From positions 59,440,753 through 59,504,752 of the forward strand of contig NC_068989.1 in NCBI RefSeq assembly GCF_001194135.2: 64,000 nt of DNA, written 5' to 3'. Below, one piece after another: positions 13,272-26,399 of this stretch. The stretch comes from Octopus bimaculoides. Lineage: Eukaryota. Below the pieces are notes generated by a model. That model was not told the origin of the DNA, made no database searches, and saw only the letters and a program-made list of their open reading frames with translations. The number at the start of each line of letters is the position of its first letter. Position 1 is the stretch's first letter. The position numbers were made by a program, and so were the translations under genes.

Positions 13272-14187
13272 CTGTATATGTAGAAATATGACAGTTAAAT
13301 GCCAACAGAGTAAATACAAAGCAAACTGCAAAATTGTTTATAATTCAAATAATTGAGACACCATCAGTATCATAGACAGTAAAGTGGGTGGCTGTATATT
13401 CAAGGGATAAAGCATTAAAAATCTTAAAGTAGAACTAAATTATGCAGTGAGTTTAAAAGTAAGATGATTAATTATTGACTAATAGTTTCATTTTTCTTGA
13501 AAGTACAGTTGACAACAGTGGTGATATATTATTACCATTTGTACCATCAGAAAAGTATAATAACCTCATAACTTAGCACAATGACAACAAATGAGCTGCT
13601 AAGGAATTATAAAGAAATGTCTATTTTGTCAGCAAAATGGAATTGTTTATAAATTAAATAATCTTGTGACATCATTGAAATTCTTAGATATTTAATGCAG
13701 AAAATGTCTGCAGTTGTTGTCTTTTATACCAGCTGCAAAAATGAAGTATTATTGGTTATTAATTATTGTTTGATTTTATCATAGCTGCATTCTAAATATG
13801 TTAACACTTACTTACCAGCAATCAGATTATAGTTTAGGAGTAGCTTTATGGTTGTTCACCCAGCTAAAAATAACAACCAAGTTTCCTTCAAATCACACCC
13901 AACCATCTTAAGAAAAGGAAGATGTTAGACAATTTTGTCCCTGATATACAAAATGGTGGGACAGTCATTGCTGGGATGCCATTAAGTGTACTTTTATTAT
14001 ATCTATTAACACTCACTTTGGTTGGTAATTTTATCCACTCTCACCTCAGTCCCCTCTAACTATTTCAAACTGACTTTGTAACCGTCAAAGTCAAATCTAT
14101 TTCATAGTTATTTTACATTAACTAACAGTCTCTTATACTTTTCCAAATATACATTTGTATATTTTATTTCTCTGTTTCCTTTTTCAG

Positions 14188-14380
14188 CTTAACCAAACAA
14201 GATTTAAAAGTCTTTGTTGGGAAGAATTTGAAATGTATGCTGGGAGATAAACAGCGCAATATCCGTGTGCATTTCTCTGCTGATTATATCAACCGTGAAC
14301 CAGAATTTCGTAAAGAAAATGGAAATATGACACTAATGTGGCCTGCCAATACGAATAAGATGCTGTTTAACAATTCCTAA
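14188..14380 (+). CDS. MYO1D: Myosin-Id-like terminal coding exon with TAA stop
   Basis: Acceptor ctgtttcctttttcag. Phase 2 matches the previous exon (CA|C = His). Reads LTKQDLKVFVGKNLKCMLGDKQRNIRVHFSADYINREPEFRKENGNMTLMWPANTNKMLFNNS*, with the stop ending at 14380. Confidence 0.9.
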
Positions 14381-14671
14381 CTATTACTGACTTTTATTGG
14401 AATCTTGGATTTGCTGCTGTTTGGCTGTCAAATTGTTGCCATGGTTACATACAACGTATAAAAATTAATCATTCCACCCCAGCCACTACTTGGTTCTTCA
14501 CACACTTTTTTCATTTTTTGACAATAGAAAATAGTTTCTCATAAATCCAAATGTTCTGATGAGAATTGCAATTCTACTAATTAAAGAGCAACGAATTTTG
14601 TTTAAAAAACCAATGACCTGTTAAGTCTTTCATAGTTTCACCTCATGATGAAACACTCATACACACACACA

Positions 14672-14714
<43 letters not shown>

Positions 14715-14968
14715 TTGATAATGGATATATATATTTAATAATGGGCATTTAATCCATAATCATTACTCTAACAAAATATATCCTGTTTCATGTATGGCTC
14801 TTCAGGTGAAACAAAATATATTTTGCTAGATGAATGAATGTAAATTAAATGTTTATTCACTCCCAGATGTATTTTTGAGTTCTTTATTCTAAGTGGCTGA
14901 ACATAATTTCTTAGAACTTGTCACCCTCTAGAATAATTGCTAATGGAGAGATGTATAACTAATAATGG

Positions 14969-15004
<36 letters not shown>

Positions 15005-15185
15005 GTATGTATATAAGTGATAATGGATAGGTATGTGTGTCTGTGTACATAATTAATGTATTTGTGTGTATATATGTATGTATATATATGCAATGTAATT
15101 GGTATACCTATGTACGTTTTTACAGACTATGGGGTTTTAGTTCACTGTTGACCTAATTGAATAGGTACCCTAGGTAAGTGCAGTA

Positions 15186-15760
15186 ATGGATTATTGGCTC
15201 TTTCTCCTTGTACCCACCTCACACTTACCTGTCTCCCATTTCCCCTCACCTACCATCCCTCTACCCTACCCCTCCAATGCACCATTCTCTGAGCCTTCTG
15301 GCGACTCCAGTCCGACCCCTCCACCTCACACATCTTCCCTAACCTACCCCTTCCCTCCTCAGATAAGCCCATAATCTGCAGGGTCTCCTGGTCCACTGTT
15401 TCTTCCCTACCCCTGCCTCCCAGCCTGACTTCTTCCTCTGCTCCCACCCATACTTCGCACCTGCTCCTACTTCTCCAAAACTACCATTCTCACAGGCACC
15501 CATCACCGTCCCTATCATGCCACTGACTGCTTTACCTGCACCTCTAGTCATGTCATTTTATACATCTTCTGCTCTCTGTCCTTCCCTGTACTGCTGGGCT
15601 GACTGGTTTGCAGAGCATCTCTGGGACATCAGACTCAGCAATGACACCCTGGTCTCACACCATTTCTGTTCTACCGGTCATTCGCTACAACATCTATGTT
15701 TGGACTGTCTGTGCACAGGAGTCACTCAGACACATGCCTTCACCATGAACAGGAATTAAT
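15186..15760 (+). mobile_element. Penelope-like remnant with GIY-YIG endonuclease
   Basis: TDCFTCTSSHVI...SALCPSLY...DWFAEHLWDIR...VSHHFCSTGHSLQHL matches the Penelope GIY-YIG pattern FTC.S.NVIY...C..C..LY...RF.EH..DI...V..HF...GH. Degenerate. Confidence 0.75.
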
Positions 15761-16019
15761 CTTCCCTCTTCATTCCTTTAATCTTCTCCTTCCTTTCCTT
15801 TAATCTTTTCTCTTTGTTCCACATGAAAAAGCACACATCAACTGCTACACACGACACATACACATGCGTGCACACATCAAATTCACTTGCCCCCACTCAC
15901 TCATACACACAACTCACACCATTCTCAAATACACACATGCTTGTGCACCTCTTGTTAGGCTCACCATGAATTACCTTACCTTCATTCAACCTCTCTTTAT
16001 TATTATCTCCCTTCCATTC

Positions 16020-16046
16020 AACCACTTTTTTCCAATGTGTATATAC

Positions 16047-16086
<40 letters not shown>

Positions 16087-16302
16087 CTTTCTATGTGTAT
16101 GTTTATATATGCCCGTATGTGTGTATGTATATGTATGTGTATATATGTGTGTATATATAACAAGTGTATATATCTGTATATATATATATATGCATATATA
16201 TGTGTATATGTGTGTATATATATNNNNNNNNNNTGTATATATCTGTATATATATATATATGCATATATATGTGTATATGTGTGTATATATATGCATACAT
16301 AT

Positions 16303-16333
<31 letters not shown>

Positions 16334-16339
16334 CTTGTA

Positions 16340-16377
<38 letters not shown>

Positions 16378-16500
16378 AGTATGCATGAATAGGCATGTAA
16401 GGATATACATATATCTTTGCACTTATGCAAATGTATGTTACATATGTATATGTATGTATACATATGTATATTGTAGTATGCATTTCTTTGAGCCCAAATC
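16020..16500. repeat. Compound (TG)n/(TA)n microsatellite with a 10-N gap (16224-16233)
   Basis: Directly visible. Confidence 0.95.
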
Positions 16501-16643
16501 TGAATCATCATGTGTACATGTGTCTGTACACATACTCATGTGTATGTATAATTATTAATTTGTTCATATCTAAACCTTAGCTTTACTTTTATCATGTGTT
16601 TCATGAAGCAAATGCTAAATTCCAACTTTAAATGAACTCTCAC

Positions 16644-16768
16644 CTGTGGTTCCCTGTAATACCTAGTTATGACTACAGAAAGCTTGATAGTTTGGATATG
16701 CTGCAATGCAGATTCCATTCTTTCCATACAAATCAACATACAAGCACAATAACAGTCTAAGGAAACAG
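16644..16768 (-). CDS. Candidate internal exon of an unidentified minus-strand gene
   Basis: Acceptor ggatttttctgatattcacacag, donor CAG|gtgaga. Only one frame is open (phase 1 to 0): VSLDCYCACMLICMERMESALQHIQTIKLSVVITRYYREPQ. Confidence 0.5.
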
Positions 16769-16950
16769 CTGTGTGAATATCAGAAAAATCCTTACAAATA
16801 TATTCAAGGAGTTTAAGTTTTAAATATTGCCAGAATCAACTTATACACTCATAACTACTTAGTACACTCCATGTAAAAAGTAAGGGAATTACTGCATATA
16901 AACAAATCATAATTAATCACCATTATGGCAAGTTATATTAGATATTATAT

Positions 16951-17079
16951 CACTAGTGTAGCTAGAGTAGGTGTCACCCCTGGGCCCCCACAAAAAATAC
17001 ATATTGCCTACAGCAGACCCAAAAGTGGTGCTGCCCAGGATAGACTTCCCCCTCTGCCCCCACTCTAGCTACACTAGTG
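16951..17079. mobile_element. Small MITE-like element with ~20-bp terminal inverted repeats
   Basis: Left cactagtgtagctagagtagg, right cccactctagctacactagtg. Confidence 0.6.
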
Positions 17080-17763
17080 CATCATATGACATATTTCATT
17101 TATATTTGAACAGTACACATATTCTCTGTGTCTCAGGTAATATGACTTCAAGAAATTCAAGGCGTGATATATATATATATTCAGCATGTCTGTTGCAAAC
17201 GATATATATAGAAAGGTTTATTATGGCTTAGGAAACCATTTTCTCACTGAGCTCAAAACTATATGAACAAGATTTTTCAACAAAAACGATATAAATATTA
17301 GCTACAGCTGCACAATTGATATAGTTAACTGCTGCTCATGAAGTCTAAGTTATCATCCAAATCTAGCAATATAACATTTTGTCCATTTAATGACATATAT
17401 CACTATGACTCTAATGCATCAATCTAGAATTTTATTAGGTGATAGTATTGAAAAACAAAGAATATAACACTCATTAAACATGTTAAAAAATAGATACCAT
17501 AATAAAAATAAATTAAATACTACATATCCAGAAATTGATCTATAATTGAATTCTATTTCCTTATATCAAAATGTCAATAAAATGCCTTCTCTGTCTTGCA
17601 GAAAAGTATGATATTCTTACATGGCCTATTAATAAGCTCTATAGAAAGACAGTACAGAAATACTGTCATGATAATAATTGCTAAAACAATTTATTATAGC
17701 TGCAAACATGATACTTCACTACCGATTGTATGGTAATAGCAACAGATTACATATCACCAATAC

Positions 17764-17825
17764 CATTCCAACCCAAATGATCATCAAACAGATTAATCAT
17801 GTCAAACTGACTGATTATATCAAAG
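17764..17825 (-). CDS. Candidate exon of the unidentified minus-strand gene
   Basis: Acceptor gctgcgttctttccag, donor ATG|gtattg (alternative donor 6 nt further). Phase 2 to 1, FDIISQFDMINLFDDHLGWN. Phase-compatible with neighbouring candidates. Confidence 0.35.
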
Positions 17826-18760
17826 CTGGAAAGAACGCAGCTCATACTTCCATTATAAATTCAAATTTAAGAATATTTGATAAACTGATAGTTTGACTAA
17901 TATTAGAGTAAAGCTTTGAATAGATGAATTTTATTTATGTAATCAATGTTCTTTATCTTGTACTTGTCTACCCAACACACACATACACACACACAAAGTA
18001 GTAATAGTGGGTGTATATAGCTTGAACAAAGAAGTGTACACCCGAAAATCATTTCTAATGAGAAATTAAATGTTTAGAAAATAGGATATTGTTTCCCTCA
18101 AATTAATCTCTGTGTGTGTATACATACATTCATGTCTACATATACATAATGATGTGTAGCTGTGTATCTCCCAGATAAATATGAGTTATATATATACACA
18201 CACACACACACATTTATATAACAATGTACCTATTTGATAACCTTCAGTTCAGTACACACTTCGTGTTTCCATGCTTAAAAACCTGAAGATATCCACTCCA
18301 TAAATGCTTAGTTGCTGTTTTAGCACATAATTTGTTTTTAACCATAGTGCTGTGATTTTTTACCTAGACAACAACATTCACCAAAAATAATTATATGTAT
18401 ATATATTACAGTATGGTTTCTGGCAGTATTAAAGGGAAAGTAAATAAATGAAACACAGACATGCAGAGTTTTGATTAACTCATATGCAAAAATATACTTT
18501 CTGGTCATAACTTTGCTTGCTTCAAGATACAACTTTCACTCCAATGTTATGTTTGAATGGTTAGCAATAGGAAAAGCATCCAGTATTAAAAATAAATGCT
18601 GTGACAAAAACATTAACAATTCATCATTAGGAACATGGAAAAAATTAATATAAAAGATATATGGGTGTGTGTGTGTGAATATATATATATATATAATTTA
18701 TGCACATATATATGATTTGTGTGTGTATGTAGATATATATATGCATACACATGTGATGTG

Positions 18761-18796
<36 letters not shown>

Positions 18797-21700
18797 ACAC
18801 TTGGTTTTAATTTTTTATTATTGTCAATCAAACTTGGCAGCAAAAATGTGTACTCAGCTTTACACATTCTAAATAACAGATGATGATAATGTGGTTTGTT
18901 ACTAAATTTATGCCTGAAATATTTTCTGGAGTATAAAATGTTCTAAGATATAAACATTTAATTTCACTCCTGAACCTATGTTATTTCCAAATACCAAGGT
19001 TACACTTGTATATAGCTCTTTAACACTCTGAAAAGTATTGAATGGAATTCTGATTACAAGAATTATCTTGTGTATATTCCCTGTAGTGCACTTAGTAATA
19101 TTGTTCATTGTTCTAGAGTTGTTTATATATACTTTGAAACTTTAAAGTAATGTACCATAAATTGCAGAATATTAGCCAACATATGGATTACTTGGTCTTG
19201 AGATTTTGGGCTCAACTTACAAGCCCAGGATTGTTGCAAAGTTTTTTATTTTATACTTGGTATATAGATTGAACTATAGTTTCCAGTAGAATTTTTTCCC
19301 CTCAGCTTAAAATATTGACTTTTATGCTGTGATGTATAGCATGTGTTATATACACACTCTACTGAATTTTATCACTGTAATACACTCGAAACCTCTGGAG
19401 TCGAAACTATTTCTTTATTTCTCACAAAAACAAATACTATATATATTTTATGAAAATCTATGTGATCTCTTAAATTACTTCCAAAACTGAAGGTTTACTG
19501 GTGGTTTTAGTTTCACTATTCAGCTGTGTTCATTCAAATCAAAACATTGCTCTGCAGAAGACAAATCCTTAAAACAAGGCTGTGTCAGGAATTCTTTCCC
19601 AGAGTTTAGGGAACTTTCATTGTAAAAATACACAATTAAATCATATGGAGTAAGATTTCCAATCAAAAGTGATATCATCATGATTAAAATTCCTTCCAAG
19701 ATATTAAGATTTAAATTTTAAAATGGAAGACATTTAATAAGCATTAATATCTGTTGCTATTTTTGTTATTGTTATTGTGTTGAGGAAACTTAGACTTTGT
19801 CATTTTTTCTTATGTGTTTACAGTGTTATTTTGGCTCATAAGTAGAATTCTATCAGGTTCTCAGATACAAACATCAACATCATATTACTTTTCCAAATTT
19901 TGTTTTATTATCTGACCAATTTACATTTATTCTTAAATCACATTGTTTTTTGGTCTGTTATCTGACAGGCTATGGGTTATCTGGAAAGTTGTTTTATAAC
20001 AGAGTATTCAGTATTGAATTTTACATGAAACACTACATAGTACTGCTGTATGTTTCAAGTATTGCTACATAATTACATTTTTGAATGTGCCTGTCAAAAA
20101 GCACATTTTTCTTTATAACTGTCAAATAAATCTCTAGACCATCTTTATATACATGACATAACCTGCTTGTGTTCAATGCTTTCTAGAATATCCTCACATT
20201 GAAACTTTATCATTAATTTTAGATTGTAAAATATTTTACATTTCACAAAATGTATGCATTTTAAAAGTGTTCCCAAATATAGGATATATCATTTAACATG
20301 TTTGACTAACACTGCCACTTGAAATTGTTTTATTATGGCTTCTGTTGTTTATAAACAGCAGCTACCCACTTCTGCACTGCAATAGCAGAATTAGTTAACA
20401 CCTGATTTGTTTGGTAATTGTAAATATAATTCAAAGTCAACACCAAGTTAATGACATCATAAGTCATTTTTATTTGAAACCTGTTATTGTTGTTTCTGAT
20501 TTCCTTTAAATGCAAAAGTTACATCCAAAAATCCACACTGACAAAAACAAAAAAAATGCCAAGAACGCACAATACTGTTTGTTATAGATTAGTTGAATGA
20601 TTTACCATCACACAAACATATATCTAAAATTACTTTTTTAATGATCAATGTCTGTGGAATAAAGTTCATATAATATTTTGATGAGCCATTTCTCCTTCAA
20701 GTGTTTGAAACTAAGAATAGATTTGAAACTTGTTTGTCATGTATGACAATTACAGCACAGGTATCTTAATTCACATATTCCTACAGTTATTATTTAGTTG
20801 AAATCTCATCAAATTAAAGCCTTCATTCAAATCGTTTAACTAAAAGCTTTCTGATGGCAAAAAGAAATATTTACTTCCACTTTTTTGTATAATTCAATGT
20901 ATGGATGTACAAATTATAATCAGAAATGGTTAATCTTAATGCTTGTAGTCCAAACATCCATGTTTGGCTGTAATATTTATGGCTGCAAAATGCAGTCTTA
21001 TTGAACAAAATAAATTGCTTGTTTTTTTTTTTTTTCTATTTTTTATGATCACAAGACCAATTAGTTTGTTTCCATTGTTTTTACCAATTGTCCAAAAACA
21101 AACTTTTTTTTTTTATCACAAGTCAACAATTTAGTCACAAAATATTTTTTTACAGATTAGTCTCCAAACCTCTTGTTTAATCTTAATGTCTATAATCATA
21201 AAATCAAGCTATGATAGTGTTATATGGTTAATAAAGACCAATTGTTTAATCTAAAAACAAACAAAAAATGTTCTGGATTTGAGACCAAATATTTTAAACA
21301 AAAAGAATATTTTCTAAATAATTTGTTTCCACTGTATATATCCCTGAAAATAAACAGTGTCATGTGTATATATGAAAATATTGTTGATACCCTCCGGTAA
21401 ATTCTGCTAGAATATCCTATATGCTGTAATTATCATTCACCTTATTAATTATTCTTATATATTCATTCACTCTTTGTTCCATGAAGCTTACAAGAATTTG
21501 CTGTTTAACATACAGAAATCAATTTTAATTATCCAAATAATGACAATAGTCCAAACATGATGCATATATTATGAAAACATTAAAAAAAAAAAAAAAACAT
21601 TTATTGCTTGATTTGCTGAAAGCAAGAAAAAAATGACAAAATATATATTTTATAAAACTAACATTTCTATTTCTTTATTACTTTGGTATAAATAAACATG

Positions 21701-22735
21701 AAATGCTTTTGTTCATTTTAAATGTGATTTTTCAATTCAATTTTTGTTTTTCTCTGCAATTATGACAGCATACATAGTTTCCATTTATTCATTTCATTAC
21801 TTTATGAAAAAACAATCCTTCACTGATTTATACACATATATTTTTCCTCTTTTCCACACACATACACATCAGTGTTTTTGATACTATTCACCATCTACAC
21901 ACTCTCTCCTCTTTTTCTGTAAAGACTTTTCCTTATTTTACCAAACACCCTCCACACATCCTACACATTTTCCTACAGTATTTTTTCCACAACATCAGTT
22001 ATTCCTACTGATCACTTCTTCCTTTGAAGTGTTTTTATATACATTGTGTGTCAGTTATGATATACAATATCTGTAAATAAACATGATACCAGTTTGCAAC
22101 TACATTAGCGGCTAACATATTTTAGCCATCTGTTACATTAGGGACAGCTCATATTACAAGAGATGCTAATATCCACTGGTACACTAGTGTGTTAGTCATA
22201 TCTTTAGTTTAATTAATTTAGGAGACATGTTCCAATGTCCAGCTGAAGTGTCAATGTATTTACAGCCTCACATTTTTGATGTCTGTATGCTATACAGATA
22301 ACGGTTGTTGTCTTTTATGTAACAATTTAATAATAATTCAAGATGTACTCTAAATTAATATTATTGAAATCAGCATGTTCAATAAAGTAGTGTTTTTAAT
22401 TTTTACCTCTTTTATGAGAATTTGACACAACTGTTAGGACATTGCTGATTAAGTATAGCTAACTGGACATTGTTTGTCTTGTAACAGTACTTTATGGCAC
22501 AAGACACACACATACACACGTGCACAAAAGTATAGAAAGTCAAGGAGAGAGGGACATTACAAGTTAATAATTGAACACAATTGCCATAAGCACTTTCCCT
22601 CTCCTCGTATACAGAAAAAGACATGCTCAGTCATAAATGGAGAGACAGAGTAGGTAGGGAATAAAGAAACATCAAAATGTCTGTTGTCAAGTAAATCAGC
22701 ACTGAATCAGTGATACCAAAACAGCTGTGACATAC

Positions 22736-22806
22736 TGTATTTCTTTTTTAACCAGAGTATCTTTAAAGATGCTATAAAGTTGTTTTATATACAACTTGAA
22801 CTTATA
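22736..22806 (-). CDS. Candidate exon of the unidentified minus-strand gene (5' boundary uncertain)
   Basis: Strong donor ACA|gtatgt. Open frame YKFKLYIKQLYSIFKDTLVKKEI. Possible acceptors give exon starts at 22806, 22794 or 22771. Confidence 0.3.
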
Positions 22807-23160
22807 CTTTGAAATTTTGATATATTAATAATACTAATAATGACATTGATGATAAACTTGATTCATTTCTAAAATAAAGTTAGTTTAGGGTTCAAAAGAT
22901 TAGGATTTGTGGCCGGTTGGGGATGGGGACACTTGTTTTTAAAAAAAATAAAACTGAAAAACGCTTGATACATCACAATTCAACTAGAAATTAACCATTT
23001 GATAGTTTTGTTTTATTTATAGTTTCCAACAACATAATTATCATTCATACATTCTCAAATATTTGTAAAAAATACTGTCTATTACATCTGAATTTTCACA
23101 GAAAATAATCACTATTCTCTAAATAAATTAGGTGAATAATTCAATTTTAAAAGATGTTAC

Positions 23161-23293
23161 ATGTTTCAGTAGTCTTTCTTGTAGTTCTATCACAGAATGA
23201 ATTAAGATTTTTATCTCCACTGTAGATTTATTTAGACACACTCTACCTCTTCTATGATGCCAACTTAAAACACCTTCAAGCTTTTTAAAACAA
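23161..23293 (-). CDS. Candidate exon of the unidentified minus-strand gene
   Basis: Long pyrimidine acceptor ttttctgtgtttcttccaaacatacag, donor CAT|gtaaca. Single open frame CFKKLEGVLSWHHRRGRVCLNKSTVEIKILIHSVIELQERLLKH. Confidence 0.45.
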
Positions 23294-23677
23294 CTGTATG
23301 TTTGGAAGAAACACAGAAAAATTGTTTGTCTCAAAATAAAAAGACTGAAAATATTTTGGTATACCTTAGTATGTTTATATTTGTGTGTGTTTGTGCAAAC
23401 TTATTGAAGTCCTTTTTCTGTCTTGAAGGATGAAACAAATATTTTTTACTTGAAGTATATCTGTAAAAAGAGCATGTTTTTGTAAAAATATAAAACCTTG
23501 GATGTGGAAACTACATAGATATTTGGCTATAGGAAGCTCTTTGATATGCAGACAATTCTCTACAGAATCAATTTTATCATGTCTTATAAGAGTTTGTAAC
23601 CTTCATTTGCATACAATTTTCCTTCTTCACTGAATTAACCTTTATGGTTTTGTTAAGGTGTTTACTGGATTATCTAG

Positions 23678-23895
23678 CCCTTTAGCATTCCACTAACTGT
23701 TAAATATACTGCTTATTTATTCACATTGTTTTGAATTAATCATGCATTATCTCATAGCTCCAAGATATCAATGATGTGATCATTTATTTTTAAAATGACA
23801 TTATAGGAAATGTGTGAGAGGCTGGATCTGGCCAATTTGAACATAAAACAGGTAGAATATTTGGGCCAGATATGGTCAGTTTAAATGCTAAAGGG
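23678..23895. mobile_element. piggyBac-like MITE
   Basis: TIRs ccctttagcatt / aatgctaaaggg. Flanks ctag and ttag are degenerate TTAA-like sites. Confidence 0.55.
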
Positions 23896-24925
23896 TTAGA
23901 TGAATATATTTACCATTCATAAAATTAACATCAACGTATGTGTTAACATTTGGTTGTCAACTCACTGGTATTCAATAATTAGCTATTTTATTAATCACTA
24001 AAGGCCTGCTATTTTATTTGAAGTGATTAAAAGGAAAAACCTCAACATAATAATTTGGTTGTCATCTTTGTATTAAAGTAGTAACTTTATTTATAACCCA
24101 AGGGTACTGAAATGCGCAATCAGTCCTGGCAGGTATGAAACTAGCTCAGTAATCAACTGTTTCAGTCTGAATACCATAACCAATCAGTGAATTTTTTTTT
24201 TTTCGAAATATTTGTTTCTATTGATTTCTTTTCAAAAGAAACTTTCAGTGTTGAAGTGAAAATACTTTTATTTCCTATTATTGCAAGTTTTGAATTACTA
24301 ACCTTGTGGCTATAAGTTCAATCCTTGTTATGGTTAGTATTCCCTTATTCAAGATGAATTATGCTGCTTGCTTTGGTATACCTGACTGAAAATAGGTTTC
24401 ATCTTCACTGACATAATCACACACCACCATATTAATGCAGGAAAATATGTAAAACTATTAAAAATACAACTGAAAAATGTATCGATTGTGCTATTAATTG
24501 TTTTACTCCCTTTGTACAAAGAACCTCAAGTCTGTATAGAATGTGAATGATTGACGAGTCAACTGGCAGTATAACACTATCAGATTGACCAGCTGTGACA
24601 ATTCCTTCCCAAACGCTTTAAGAGACTTGGAATATTTTAGTAATCCAATGTATTCAGTGATGTGTGATAAGAGTCCAACCATAAAAATATTTGCTCTCAC
24701 AATATGTAAATGTTCAGATATTACAACTTGTCCTTTTCATAATTTTAGAAATGTTACATTCTTTCAATTGAATGAGTCTTGTGAATTAATGTTTTTAAGT
24801 ATTCCAATGACTAACACAGTTACAAAACTCTTAGACTCTACTTAAATACTACTACACTGCTTGTTTTTTGTTTTGTCTTATTTATTTTTGCACTATAGCT
24901 ATTTTTTTCTTTAGCAATGCTTGTA

Positions 24926-24981
<56 letters not shown>

Positions 24982-24987
24982 TAGACA

Positions 24988-25142
24988 GGTATGGTTGTGT
25001 GGTTAAGAAGTTCACTTCTTATGTTTTCAGGTTCAGTCCCATTACTTTGCACCTTGGAAAAGTGTCTTCTATTAAAGCCCCAAATCAGACAAGGCCTTAT
25101 GGATGGATTTGGTAGAAAGAAATTGAAAGAAGCCCATCAGGT
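24988..25142 (+). mobile_element. CORE-type SINE family B copy
   Basis: ggttgtgtggttaagaag...ttcaggttcagtccc...caccttggaaaagtgtcttctatt...gaaagaagcccatc. Confidence 0.75.
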
Positions 25143-25899
25143 GTGTGTGTGTTCTTGTCATGATAGTTGTAAATGAGTGTAAACATCATATTAACAGTGT
25201 TCTTTGTTTCCAATCTTCTGTGAAAACATGCCTGGTTATGGGGAAATATTACCTTAAACGAAAACAAGTGAGTGTTGTCAATAGGAAGGGCATTCAGCCA
25301 ATCAAATCTGCCTCAACAAATTCTGACTTAAGCCAGCAGAAAAGTGAACATTAAAACAATGATGCATGTGTGTGTATAACATATATATATATATAACTAT
25401 TAAAGTTATATAGTTTTAATACAAATTATATGGCATTGGTTAATTTTCTGTACATTAGATATTATACAAAAAGACTATAAAAAGATAAGTAAACAGATCA
25501 TCTTACAAATAGATAAAATATTGTTTTAATCCATCTTTCAGTGAACTACAGGGAGCTTTATTGATCTTTGATGATGATATTCACATCTAGTTTCTCTATT
25601 AATTGGATTAATTTGTGTGAGAAGTGGATCTTTCTGCTGGAAACAATAGGTTAATGCTGTAAATTATTCCCAGATTGTTTCACTGACATATTTCTGAGTT
25701 AGACAATTAGAAAAGTATTTCATGAAACTGAGAAAACAAACCTGCTTGTATCAAGAGGTAAGTTCACAACACAATAGATTACCCAACACTCACATGGGAC
25801 ATGAATATTCTGGCAAGGATTGAAGAAAACAAAGTAACTGAAGGTCGATAGGATATAAAGAAAGGATTGTTTTGTGATATTTATCAACAATATAGCTAG

Positions 25900-26055
25900 G
25901 CACAGACGTGATTATGTACATAAGAAGCATACTTCCCAACCATGTGGTTTTAGGTTGTCTCACAGTGCTGCACTTTGAGCAAATATCTTCTAACCACACG
26001 CTGGCCAAATCCTTGTGAATGGACTTGATAGACAAACTGAAAGAAGCCCATCATA
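25900..26055 (+). mobile_element. CORE-type SINE family B copy (degenerate)
   Basis: aagaagcatacttcccaaccatgtggtttt...cactttgagcaaatatcttct...gaaagaagcccatc. Confidence 0.65.
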
Positions 26056-26399
26056 GTGTGTGTGTGTGTACCCTTGTCTTGACATCATATGTTGGAATAT
26101 CATCGTCATACACAAATATTGTTTGTTTACATTCCATGGAAATTATGTCAGGCCATGAAAAAGTGGGCATAAAACCAATGATGATGACATTTGGCTTAAA
26201 GATTTTATTTTTTATTTTTTTCTCTTGTATCCTCAAGTTAGCACTGAACAAAGCAAGTATTTGATGAAAAGGCATTCTAGTTTTGACCTTCTCCATTTAT
26301 GTTCCTATGTACAGTACTGGTTCTGCCTTTCAACTTTCTAGAATCAATAAAATAGTGCCAATCAAGTACTTACAATTGATCTAATTAACCATATCCTAT

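Noticed and set aside
13540-13870. Additional minus-strand splice-site pairs in the last myosin intron
   Set aside because: Their frames are closed or they overlap a dispersed repeat. They illustrate the background rate of pseudo-exons.
16163-16295. Exact ~55-bp duplication on either side of a 10-N gap
   Set aside because: This is most likely an unmerged contig overlap (assembly artefact), not a biological repeat.
15864-16511. Many long ORFs (YIYI, THTH, VCVC, IIII, ERER), here and at 33.7-36 kb, 44.5-50 kb, 52.3-52.9 kb and 59.8-60.3 kb
   Set aside because: They are translations of dinucleotide or trinucleotide microsatellites, which lack stop codons in some frames.
24503-24845. Minus frame interrupted only by two TGA codons, suggesting a mitochondrial-code NUMT or Sec read-through, with an overlapping plus ORF
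   Set aside because: The translation resembles no mitochondrial protein I know and no SECIS is evident. The TGAs lie upstream of a plausible exon start, and ORFs of this length are expected by chance.
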